64,000 nucleotides of DNA. Source: Tubulanus polymorphus. Taxonomy: Eukaryota; Animalia; Nemertea. A program made the translations under genes and the position numbers. Shown piece by piece: positions 39,939 to 52,600 of the stretch (the stretch's first letter is position 1; every line of letters begins with the position of its first letter). The notes under the pieces are model-generated. The model had not been told where the DNA came from and did not search any database. It saw only the letters and a list, made by a program, of their open reading frames with translations. The stretch covers positions 8,048,275 to 8,112,274 of the forward strand of contig NC_134032.1 of the NCBI RefSeq assembly GCF_964204645.1. Reading direction: 5' to 3'.

Positions 39939-42900
39939 ATGGGTAAGTGACATTTCGTTTGAAATTTAGATTTCTATGCAAGGTTCTTACACTTATCTGT
40001 TATATTACATATAATCATCAATATCTGTTAATCTAAGTACGTTGCAATTTCGTAGATTTTTACAATTTACCTTTGATATTCAATTCTTTCTTCTTATTTC
40101 CCGTAAATTTCTCACCTCACGTCTTTTCAAGTCGAGCATTTTTCAGGAAAAGATTTTTGAACATTTCTTAAAACGGCCTCGCGATATTTAAGCTAGCAAT
40201 TCGTGTCCTAAAGATTTCAATCGCTTTCGAAAATCTTTGGGCGGCAGGGTGCACGAAATGCCTTCTAGGGATATGAAGACGATCAAGGACCGGTTTCACT
40301 AATTGTGAATTTGAGTTAACTCTAAGTTAAATTTAGTTCTTTTACACTCATAAATTTTAACCCAAGTCAAATCTCAACTCACAACATGGAAGTGGGCCCT
40401 GGTACAACGGGGACACACTGGTGTATAGAATGGTATAAATTTTCAATTTGACCATAAAACGGGATAGGGTCTGTTCTCATAAAGTAGGCCTACAGGCTGT
40501 GGTCGCAAATAACACTAATATGTTTGAATTATGTTGTTTTAGAGTTGTTACGACTAGCGACAGTCTGCGTACTGTATCTTGCCGCGGCCGTTAAAGGTAT
40601 GTGCCTTTTCAAAATTGAACCTTATTTCGGTTAAGCTAAAATAATCTAATTTCGATACATTCAATATAAATCACCTATTGTCATCGCTGATTAGAAAATC
40701 TTTTTTTTCTATTCAAGCTGTGCCGTACAATCCGTCAAATTTCGACGAATTAACAGACATTCGACAGCGACGTTCCTTAAAAGGTAGGTTCAAAATTGCC
40801 TTCATATCTGTAGCATATCGGGCGTCAACTTTAAACACTACAGTCGTAGTACCGCAGATCCAGATTCATATCCCAATTTGAGATTTTGAGAACTCTTATT
40901 ATATCTACAGGAACTGAGCCATTCAATCCGTCTAATTTTGATGAACTAGAAGAAGGACCGGAGCAGAAACGTAAACGGCGGTCATTAGGTAAAAACTGCT
41001 AATCATTGAAATGATATCCTAGAAAACCCAAGGGCAGTTGCTTATTTGAAAGAGCCAATCAAACATCTGAAGCAAAGCTTAAGCTAATTTCAGTTCTATA
41101 ACCGATCTAACAACTTGAAAACAATCTAAACCAGATGCATCGAAACTGGGGGATTAGCTTACAAATTGCGCCAGGTCTAAACTTTGGTATCTGGGAGCAA
41201 GCGTAACGAACAAAGTCTAGCCATGAGCAGTCACGGAACCTAATGAAACTGTCATTGAGTAAACAACGTCGTTTTTTGTTCTATCATTGCAGACGGTGCC
41301 AGTCACGCGACCAACTACCGATCTCAGGGACGACGATGTAAGTTAGTGACCTTGACCTGACCCCGTTACGTCAAATGGCACGAGGTTACTGCACACCGCG
41401 TGCCGCAACTTGCTGCTCATTTTACGTAGTCATAATTTACAACTTTGAATGAAGTGAATCTGAATGCTGATATCCATCATCAAACCATAAAAAGTTTCGC
41501 TTGGTGTTTGGTGTGTTTCAATTGATAATTTGTTTACTTCAGATTAAGGCAAATTAATTCGATTTTGATTGAAACATAAAAACTATGTAGATGAAATAAA
41601 AGCGCAGAAAGTGGAGTCAATATTAGCGCAACCGCGTATATATACTCGCTTTCCACAGCAACGCTGCCGGTATCCCGTCCTATAACAATTTATGTATGAT
41701 TTTTACTTTCTATTCCGGTATTTCAGCGGCAAGCGATAAGAAGATCGAAATATTTTTCGTCTGTGACCAAGCTTGCGTGAGTTACTATTCAATTTCGTAT
41801 AAAACCTACGTACAGAACCAGCAACTATTTTCCCATAATGGTGCCAATAACATTATTTTATGCACTGAAAGAAATGGCACTGGGCCCTAAGAAATTGCGC
41901 CACGTGGGGAGACCCTCAATTCACAGTAACCATGCAATATATATCCCAGTAAATTTGGTTACGTCATGCTACGCCATCAATTGGAGGCTGGATTTTCAGA
42001 GCAACTAATCTGTCCTTAGAAAAATTGGGAGACACGCAGCAGTATAAATTAATGATGACTACTTTTCAGGCATTCGCATTCGGATACGAAAAATCGAAAA
42101 TCGAGAGTTTCATCGAAGGCGTTCGCGAAAGAATGGATTCGGTAAGTCTTAGATTTATTATTTTAGAATATATCCAAAAACAGATGGGTTTACAGCTCTG
42201 TGCTGGGAGTGGGCATCAGCTAGGGCAGATGCACTAAGTCCTCTCACTTGATGCTGTGGGAGACAACACAGCTGCACAGAAAGCTGAGTGACTATATCGC
42301 CACACAGGGGCTCGCAATGAGATCCAATCGCGGTTGCGTAGCGAATGAGTGACTAGAACAGATTAATGGGTTTTGGAGAACTTTCCGCACAACTGCAAAG
42401 GAAGTTGAGTAACTAGGGACAGACACGGTCCTACGTGAAATCACAACAATTAGTTTTTTTTTCAGGTTATATCTGCAGCTACAGACCAAAAATTACGCGT
42501 AACCTCCGTAGGCAAACATGTTTGGTTGAAGAACGATTTAATCGATTACACAGTTATAAAGGACAAAAGTATCGGAGAAAAAATGACGGCAGTACTCACA
42601 GAAATCGCCAACTATAGAACAAGTATTGCGAACAAAAGAATCAATTCGGACATCCTCATCGTGTTAAGGTAAAGCGATCATTATGAGAAGTACTTATAGA
42701 TGAGAGCTTATCTGATACGAATGAGCTATAAAATGATTGAATGTTGTTCATGTGCATATATCCAAATGAGCTATTTAAATATTTAAGGAATGTTGAGGCT
42801 TATAACTCGCATGGAATTTGGATAAGCAAATGAGCTAACTTTCCTATGGGCATTGGTTAATTTTGTGTTGCTACAGCCACTCACGTGGAGTTTATTTGAT

Positions 42901-45900
42901 TTTATGGCAGCCTGTATTCTTTGAATATGTAAATGAGCTGTAACAGTATACGATATTTGCTTTTTCAGCGGTAAACATGATCGCGATCTGAAGGGTACCG
43001 GTATGGACAACTCAGTGTGCAACAGTGAATACGCAACTGCTTGGGTAACTTTCAATGCCGGCGACAGCGATATAATGAAAAGTGAGTAGCAAAACATCTT
43101 GAGTTTTATTCCGATTTGCGATCGATTTAGTAATAAGGCGAGTGGTTTTAGTGCCATATCGTCCTAACCAATAACCCCAATGGCAGCGAGGAAGGGGGCT
43201 ATTTAACTCTGTGGGTCTCGAACTTGCTACAGTGGTGAATGGCAAATGATGTGCACGGTGCCAAGACAAATTCACAAAACAATAGAGAACCTGAAAAGAA
43301 TTGAAATTTGTTTTTTTGGCCTAAAGGTTATTTTCAGCGGTTGCTGATATTAAGTGTTTACGGTGTGCTGATAACAACTCAAATCTTTTTTCATCAGCTT
43401 AAAAAAGGCGTTAGCTAGAATCAGCTTTTCTGTACACATGTGCACTGTTGGGGGTTTCTTCAGAGATTAAACATGCTTGCTTTTGTCTCACAACAAATCT
43501 CGAAAAAAGATTGTGACGTTCATGATCTCTTGTATATAGGAAACAAGGCTGCCCACACGGCTTTACACGAAATGGGACACGCTTTAGGACTCCCGCACAC
43601 ATCTTCAGGTACGGTATATCAAATATCTCTCGTTATAGCATTTGGACATAATATGGATGATATTGATTTGATTTTAAACTTAAAAGGTCTTTAAAAGTGA
43701 ATCAAATACAGTGTTGAAGCAACATCCACCGCGTTTTAAGCAATTTCGGCCATTTTCAATAGTTGTTTTTTTTAGGTTGTAGTTGTGATAATCCCAATAT
43801 CGGTTGTATCATGGATTCGCATCAGTAAGTCTTCAGCGATTGACTTTCCTAATTGATGTTTGGAGAAAAGGACGAAAGGCACTATGAAATTGTAAAAATT
43901 AATTCAAATTGAACCCCGTACTATACCAGAATAATTACTGGCGATACGTGTTCAATTCATGCGTGCCACAATTAGACTCCTCTATCGCGACAATAGCCGA
44001 CATCCTACTGCAAACTTGGGATCCTCCTCACTCCAGTACACACTAGCGCAGCTGGTAGATCATTGCTTGCCACAAGTGGAACCCTCGATTGTCACATTAG
44101 ACGATAACTTCCTGCTGCATACCAGCACACCCAGGAAGAAAGCCACTAAATATTTGGATGGATATATGAAAGCTGTGGGTACTGGAGTGTGTAATGGGTA
44201 GTGTAGTGTGATCTGTGTGCATTTTGGTGGCCAGCACACAGATCAAATTGTTCATTGGGGTTTAGTCCAGGACTCGCGAGATTTTCAACAACACGGAAGT
44301 AACGTGTAATAAATGATGACTTGAATTGCATGACTACCTACCACCCCTCATTATTGTTGGAAAACTAAACGTTCCGCACTGACTAAAAATTAGTAATAAT
44401 AATCAATAACATTTTAGAAATGGCCAGAATTTTAACTTAGGTTCTATCTTATTTTTATTTTACAATTGCGATTGGTATAATTTTTTTTTAAACGGCCGTT
44501 AAGGCTTCATATTTCGTCTGCAATTCACTGCAAATAGTTACGCAACTACGCACATTTCAGTGTTTTTGGCAGATGTACACTCAGTCGGCACCGTTCGTGA
44601 CTAGCTTCACTGCGGAATTATCATTAATTAACATCGCCATATCACATCATCAACTTATATTGTGCCTTAAAACCCTAACAGCCGAAATAATTGAAATGCA
44701 CACACGATTTCTATCATTGAAAATTGAGAGAGTGGCCGTGTTTGTTATCTGCTGCTTCCCGTAAATCCCGCGGGGTGGCGCCACCGCGCGGAGTGGGGCC
44801 GATACGTCTAGTAGATCCTCAATAGGAAGTCTCAATTGCTACAACAGCGGCGTAGCCACTGCCAAATACTGAATAATTAGACTTATATGTAGGCCTACTT
44901 GTAACCCGTGTACAATACATTTGGTCGATATTGGAACAAACATGTTCACATAAGCAAAACGTTCGACATTGATTTCAATCGTATCATCGACATGTTCATC
45001 GTCATTTATTTATCGTCAGGTCCTATTCATCAGTGAACAGCCCCAAATACAGTACGTGCATTGCCGATAAATTGAAAGCGAACACTTTGGGATGCCTATC
45101 TATAGATGCTGAAAGTTTGGTACGTATACGAGCTTTATTCGGTATTTCAATATAGGGCTTGCAACCAGGATCTTTTCCACGTGACATCGCCAAACACACA
45201 ATGAGTGATTTACATGACAGACCCTTGGAGTTTGTAAATTCCTAATCATCGTTTGTAGATTGTTGATATGTATAGCGAGTGCCCAGCATCGTTCGAAACG
45301 AACTATGACGTCCCGTGCTAGACCTCTATACCCGATATGATTAACCAGCGCAATTTACATATTGGCCCATTGCACGTGACATCATATTTGCTTTGCCCGT
45401 CAGTGTTTGATACTAGTCTTGCTATACGTAACAACATACGAGTATACTTGTTACGTATGGCAAGTAAGACAATATGGCCGTTTACAAATTCCTGGGATCA
45501 GTCGTATAAATCATTTGACCGCAAAATGGCTTCGAGTCCAAGGCTCATTTCGATAGTGCGTTTCCAGAAGATGAATTATTTCGTATTTATTCGATTGCTT
45601 GGTTTGGAATTTTTGCCAATTCCGCCATCTTTGTGGCGCTAGAATCTCCTGCCGAAAGGAAAATTCGTCGCCCAGAAGGGCACAATTAAAAAGGTTTTGG
45701 ACTGGATGAGGTCATATTGACGGTCACAATGCAACCCTGTTATGTGTCATGAAAAAGTTTTGAGGGCAAGCTGAAGTGCTATTTTATACAGAGTAGCTGC
45801 GGCGATGGTGAAGTTAACGATGGCGAGGAATGTGACTGTGGAGCCTTCGTAAGTTTTCCATCCCATCTATATGACAAAACACCATTGTGAAACTTGGTAA

Positions 45901-48407
45901 CTGAAAGTTGGTAACTCCTCTGATGAATTTATTATTTCAGCAATGCGACTGCTGTGACCCGAAGACGTGCAAGGTAAGTTTGAAAGCAGTAATCATTCTA
46001 TTTGGAGAACTGTGTACATCCATTTTTACCCACAAGTGGACTGTTTTGTTTTCTAATTTAAGTTTAGAAGCTCATCCGAATTTTGTCCTTCCAACGAGTG
46101 TAAAAAATGCAGTGGCTCGGATCAAGATGTACGTATAGTTCTATGATAAACCGAACCCAATTTGAATTCAAAACTTGTCCATAAAACCATAGCAGATTGC
46201 GCAGGCAAATAGAATATATAGGATACGTATGTTCTATAACCAATCGAACAAAGTAGAACCAGTCATCCCCAACATTTTGGGCATTTTTAACTTCAACCAA
46301 GGGAGGCTAACTCAACTAGAATTGAACTGGGTTGACCCTGTAGTCAAAATTAAACGCGAAAGAGCCTACTGGTTCAACCCAATGGTTAACGCCGAATCCG
46401 GAATCGAATCCATCGGAATTGTAGAGGGAATTAAAATCAAAACTCCAGGTCTATAGAAACCAGGGTTAAAGGGTTAAACTGATATATAAAACCAGCAGCT
46501 GGGATAAACTAGTAACTGATCTACAAAACAAATCTACCATAGAGCCATCAATTTTATATCTATTTTTTTTCCAATTGCCTGGAACAGTGCACGGGAAGTA
46601 GCCTAAAGGACTTCATCGCATGTCACGACGGTAAAGGATATTGTTTTGATAGCCATTGTCAGAGTGCTGATCGTTCATGTCAAAGATTCTTTGGACCAAA
46701 CAGTAAGTGCCAATCACGAATTTGTATCGTTATGTTACCTACCTCTGTGGTTATGCGTGCTGTGAACTGCGAATGACTGGCTGATTCGACCAGGATTCAA
46801 ACACATGGATCCTGGGTTGACGGAAGTAAGGTGAAGTGGCTGACATCTACCATAAGGATTCAAACATGACACCTGAATTGAAGGGCTAATGGCTGAGGTC
46901 GGTCGGCCACTGTGCCTCTCGCTGCAATTATACGCATCGTGCCTAATATAGATAACTGGCAAGAAGAATTCAAATTTGCTATAATTTTAGGCAGTGGCGA
47001 CCTGACGGCCATGAAGTACAACGATGACTACCATTACAGCCAGCATACCGGGGGCGGTTACTTATTGTGGGATCCACAACTTGCAAAATGGAGCAATTAC
47101 GGTGATTTCAAGGCCGACGAGGGTAATGGGTACGTTATGAGAGCCGTTACCTATCTAGAGTTAAAGCATTGAGAATAAAATTAAAACTTTCGCAACTGAC
47201 AATCCGGGTCGAATTGAGTCCAAGCAGTCGAGTGTCGAATGGATACAGTTGCTATGGTCTTCGGGAGTCTTATTAATCAACGTAAATTAAAACCATATTT
47301 CTAGGTACTGCGGCATCCTGGAATGTGTGACGATTTCCAAGGCGAAAGTTCGGGATCAAAACGGCAACGAAATGGACTCAAAAACTTTTAAACTCTCATG
47401 GAATCCTACAGTTCGGTAAAAAGCTTCTGCAAACGCAAGAATTAACAGTTTTAGGGGTATACCTTCGTTGGAGTCCGTAAAAACTTTTCATAAACTAACA
47501 TCAACTTACCGCTGGAGTACTGTAGTTTACGTTAGTTAACTCCAGGGCCCGGTTTCATAGACTGAGCATCAAAGTTATCCCTAGGGATAAATCCTCAATC
47601 TGGCTGACAACCACCATAGTAACAATGAGAAACCATGGTTATAACTGACAAATTTCAAAATGTTCCATATCTATGAAACCCGGGTGCACCCTCGACTTTT
47701 CCGACTTGAAATTTCTCTTCCAAACAGAACAAATGGCTGCTCAGTCAATACAGGCTAGAGACGCGCGCAAGTAGTAACCCGTATTGATTTCCATCCGCAC
47801 CCGTTCCCAAAAAGGTAGATTCTGCCCTCGTAAAAATTGGCTCGGGTTACGATTCCAAAATAATACGGGACGTGTATACGTCCGTAAGTTTCGCGCGATG
47901 GTGGGATGGCCTCTTGGCAGTTTTTGGATCCCTAGACGCTCACTGATAGGTTGAGAATATTGTCTATGTCGACCTTCTTTTTTCAATTTATGGTAGAATT
48001 GCCTATGTCAAGACAAAAGAAGCCCACTGGGGTAGTTACAAGTACGAACAATTCGAAGTGGTCACCGCATCGCGTGGTACGCCTTGTTCAATTGACGGTA
48101 AAAAGGGGGTAAGTAGTTATGATTGTTCGGTAGTCTGGTGGTCAGGGTACTTCCTCTATTGCTGCAGTAGTTCGTACGCCGTTGCGCACTTGCATACCTG
48201 ACGAATTCTCACTTACCACAGTATTGATGCAGTCAAAACGGGATTCAACAGTCACTTTACAACTGTCTGTCACTTTTAACTCAGCGAAACCGCGGCAAAT
48301 TTTGAAAATCCTTTTTTTTTCAGTATTGCGACAATTCAGAAATAACCCACGACAAATGGAATTGGAACGATTTCCGAACAACGAAATGCATACCGCTGCC
48401 GACTTAA
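39939..48407 (+). CDS. Secreted ADAM-type metalloprotease-disintegrin-cysteine-rich protein, gene 2 (~539 aa, 20 exons, no TM)
   Basis: Exons 39939-39942, 40543-40596, 40718-40783, 40911-40988, 41293-41337, 41727-41776, 42070-42141, 42466-42668, 42969-43081, 43540-43608, 43776-43824, 45020-45119, 45792-45848, 45941-45973, 46063-46128, 46588-46702, 46991-47129, 47305-47415, 47997-48108, 48324-48407 sum to 1620 nt in frame. Signal peptide, HEMGHALGLPH, CSC..GCIM Met-turn, CGDGEVNDGEECDCG, GYCFDSHC, YCGILEC, RGTPC. Confidence 0.9.
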
Positions 48408-49631
48408 ATACCCCAATGACTTCTCTCTACTGGATCAAATACAAAGCACAATTAGCCTTCCCCGGATGGTTCCCGGTGAACCCGCAACATCAGCTATCGA
48501 GCACTCGGTCTTACGTTGTCTGAATTAATCTCATGTTCAGTGAATTATGAACAGAATTTTTAGACTCCCGAATCGATATATAATCACAGGACCTACTAAT
48601 ATAAAATGAATTCACTTTTCTATCTGTACAGTTTTTATAAATTATTGATTCATCCAGTTCAGTAATTTGAAATGTATCAGAATACGAACGCGGAAGTTCA
48701 ACAATCTACTAGCGACACCTGGTGGATTCCCACACGCCATAAGTAGAATCCTCTATTGCCACAGTGGCACTGCGGGTACCCCATTGCCTCGTAAACGTAA
48801 TGTAACAACCGAAGAACAAGATCTACGGCCATTTTCAAGACTTACTCAACAAAATGACGAACTGGTATTTCCAACCGGGATAGGCAAAAGTGCTTTGGAA
48901 GAATACGACGACTACGAAAGTTTTGCCAATTTTGCATTTGGCCGATATTTTTTTATTCTCGCTTTACTTTAAAAATAAATCTTGCTTCGACATCAAACTA
49001 TTTACCTCTTGTAAATTCGAGAACTTTTAAAGATGAAATTAAAGTTGTTTTTTTTTCTTTTATTCAGCATCGCAAATCAATTTTTTCGTTTTCTTTGGTC
49101 GGATTGTCCCCGTTATCTAGTTTTTGATTGGTATCGGTTTGTTTTGATTTGGCGTCCCTTACAAACCCACCACACTTCCAACAGCGATTTAGGGGTCTGA
49201 TTTAGAAATCGGCAATCTCATCTACGAAGGAGGCTGCAGATATAAATGGAATGGTCGGCGGTCGAATTCTAAGAAGTTTTTGTGAAATCAAAGTGCATGT
49301 ACACGATTTGGAATCTCGGTTCCGGTTCATGCGAGCTATCTTCCAACCAGCCTGACATGGCGTTTCCCGTTTTTTGGCTGCATTTTCTTTCACCCTGACG
49401 CTTCTACGTTTATCGCGATGACCCGAAAAATAATGATATAGGCTCAACAAACGACGTTTTTTTCAAATGTCGCTTTACTAGTTTCATTTCCGAATAACAA
49501 AGCAAAAACATTTTTTTTCGATAATGAAGTGTTCACCAGAGTACATGTCATAATGTGTCTCTGACAACCGACATTGATGTCTTAGACATCAGGCGCATTC
49601 GAACTGAAACGAAATCGATGGGAAAAGTTGA

Positions 49632-52600
49632 CTAACAGCTTTTCATTACTTCATACTTTGATTCAAATATCGAGACGGGAAATAGAAAAAATCAAATAAG
49701 CGATGGAATAACAAAACATACAAAGCCATACTCACCGGTCCCTGGTATCGTCCATTACGAGATTTGCATTTCTGCCGAAGAGAAATAAGTTTTTTTTTTA
49801 TTCCTCCGATGGTTAATCACGTTTAGCACTCGTACGGGGTTTTTGATCGATCGAAGGTTAGATGGGATATCTCTTACATGAACCAATCAAATAACGTTTA
49901 ACTGAGAGACCGTGCAGTATTGGTTCTGATTGGTTGATTAGAAATTTATTTTTGACCGATCGGATAGCTCATTGCTGATAACCACTACTGGATTTACTTC
50001 CGAAAAAAAGAATACAAATGATTTCCGTTAAGTGTATGTAATTCAACTAATTTAGAGTCACATCTAATCTACGTGTTTCTTATCATAGGGTTGGCTCTAT
50101 GAAAAACTGAAGGCATTCCTCGGACAAAGCAGCCACGCTGAAGACCCGAAATGATGTTCCACTGACCATAGATTTATATATTTTGAAGAAATCTACCCGA
50201 AAATGATGCATAAATGTCATAGCACAACGGGCAATCTCTAGGGGAAGGGTCCTGGTCCGGACCCCTGAAACCACAACCGTGCTGATTTCTACGTTTAAGA
50301 ATAGCGTTTTTTACCTTATTGGTGCTACATGACTTTCCGTACATCATCGACGACTTCACTCCAGACAAAGAACCAGTATCCGACTGACACGGTATCCCCT
50401 TACACACGTTTACAGCCAACCACTATTTAGAAAAAAATCGCTGCATCACAGAAAATCATGGCAGAAAAGATCTTCATAAATCGCCAAATGATATCGTCAA
50501 TATCTTTTTCCACATTTTCTACCTCCATGAAAAACCCTAGTATGTCAACCTTCTAGGTGGTTTTCTTCATATATCCCCCTATAGCAACATTAAGTTGCCA
50601 CCATAGACCTTTTCAGTAAGTTCAGATGACATCATACACGCTTCCAGAAAAGATTACTACATAAATCATGTAGATGTCATGGCAGCAAGTTGGATTCGGG
50701 CTGCTTTATTCATGAATCAAATAGAGTCGAACAAATTCTAGCAATGAAAAAACACCATTCATACCCATTCTTTATTTGCCCACAGAACTTGGCTGATTGT
50801 GTAACGAGCATTGGCTTTGCCTTCGACACCTTTCGGGGCCCCGAATTTCCACGTTTCCCCTCTGCTAAGCATACTGGTGCAGAGATCATCGAGTATTTTT
50901 CGTTCAGCGTCGTTCACCGCTCCTGGTAACACGGTCGGTTTCGGCATCTGCCCGCATTGATAATCCATACACGGGTACACCCAGTCATCGCTGTGGAGGA
51001 CAATAAACAGATTCCATTTGGAATTAACTCGAGCCATTTGAAATACATATCGTTTGATTAAATGCTCTCCCTGCAAAACCTCTGCAGTGCGTCTGTGGTA
51101 ATAGATGGTTTTTGCAAGGGGATCCACAATACGTTACAGAAGTACCAGGTATGCCGGTGGACAAATGTTGTGAAGCAAATGATAATTCCACTTGTGACAT
51201 AAACTTTTATCACAATAGGAAATTCTTATTCTGGCAAAAGTGAGGTTCGCTACATATTTAATTGCATAATTTCATTTGCGGTTAAGTGAGGATGCAAGGA
51301 AGTGTTACTAACTCGGTTTCTGTCAACAATTGAATATTGATATTGAATCAACTTGCTTTAGTAAAGTAGGTCAATCATTAACGAAAATCACACCAATCAC
51401 CGAGAACCGAAAAAACCATATATGATCCATATATATGTCTTAAACTTACTCGAAGATTTCCTTAGCATTTTGTTTGATGCACTGGGACCAGGTGAAAAAG
51501 TTTCCGGGAGACGTCATGATACCATTCATACATCGTCTTTCCCGCGGATGCAAAAACCCCAACCTAAAATTCACATAAGAAAACGTGTTTTTTCATACTC
51601 GAAAAAAATAAGTAATAATTTTTCGAATCGAATAACATATGTACGATAAAAAAAGTTACGAATTACTGCATATCCCTGAACTACTTATCGTTAGCATTTT
51701 CCTGACCTAGTTCCGTACTTACAAATGGCCGATTTCATGGGCGAGTAATTTATCGTAAACCATGTGTTTGTAGGTTGGATTTCCTTGAACGACTCCGCAG
51801 TTCCAAACCGGGCTGGTCTTACAAACGCTACCTATTGACCGAGTTCGACCTGAAATTTATTTTTGTGATCTGTGATTCACTGAAAATTCATTTAGATATT
51901 TTTCCATCGATAACAGAATCGATAATTTGGCTTACCCGCCGCCATTTGCGTCAGTTTGTCTTCGCTTTCGCTTGAAAAATTGGATATCAGCTGTCATTAG
52001 TATTAGTTTTCATAATCTTACTGAATCATTGAACTCATTAAAAATGAGGAGGTCGTCATTAGTGACTAATCATTATTTTACTGGATCGTTGATATCATTG
52101 AGAAAGAAGATATCGTCGCTAGTAACTACTGATATTGTAACTGAATCCTTGATGTTATTGAGAAAGAGGGATCGTCATTGGTTGTAATGATATTTTGCTG
52201 AATCGTTTAAGACATTGAAAAGGAGAAGGTCGTTAAGTTAGTGCTGTGTTGATTATGTTTGCAGCTGCCAATACGTGAAATCATTCCGTGCGAAACCTAT
52301 ATCTGCTTTCATTGGATCAAGCCAAGATGTCGTTCGATAGAAAATAAATAAGTCAAACATCCCTGCCTTCAAATCAATAGCATCTGCCTCAACCAGACAC
52401 CGTCAATTTGGTCGGGGAAAAATTTCGAGTAGATAGTGTATAAAGTCTAGTTCTGCTGATATTTTGGGTCCCCAAACATCATTGAAAATTAGAGGATGCA
52501 GATCTTTCACCTCTTATCTTTCAACTCTTTCACCTTGTATACCCTTTGAAAACTCCATCTCCTAGGTTTTTTAGGGTTCCTCGGTGCAGATTACATTCGG

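Noticed and set aside
47728-47758. Alternative terminal exon for gene 2 (RTNGCSVNTG-stop)
   Set aside because: Phase-compatible, but downstream exons at 47997 and 48324 carry the expected GTPC..YC..C Cys-rich motifs; possible minor isoform only.
48667-49450. ORFs between the two convergent protease genes
   Set aside because: No motifs or needed splice connections; most simply 3' UTR sequence.
50759-51127. ORF first considered as a KDZ/HMGXB3-type transposase remnant
   Set aside because: Its 3' part is exon 9 of gene 3 with correct splice sites and phase; the 5' part is intron.
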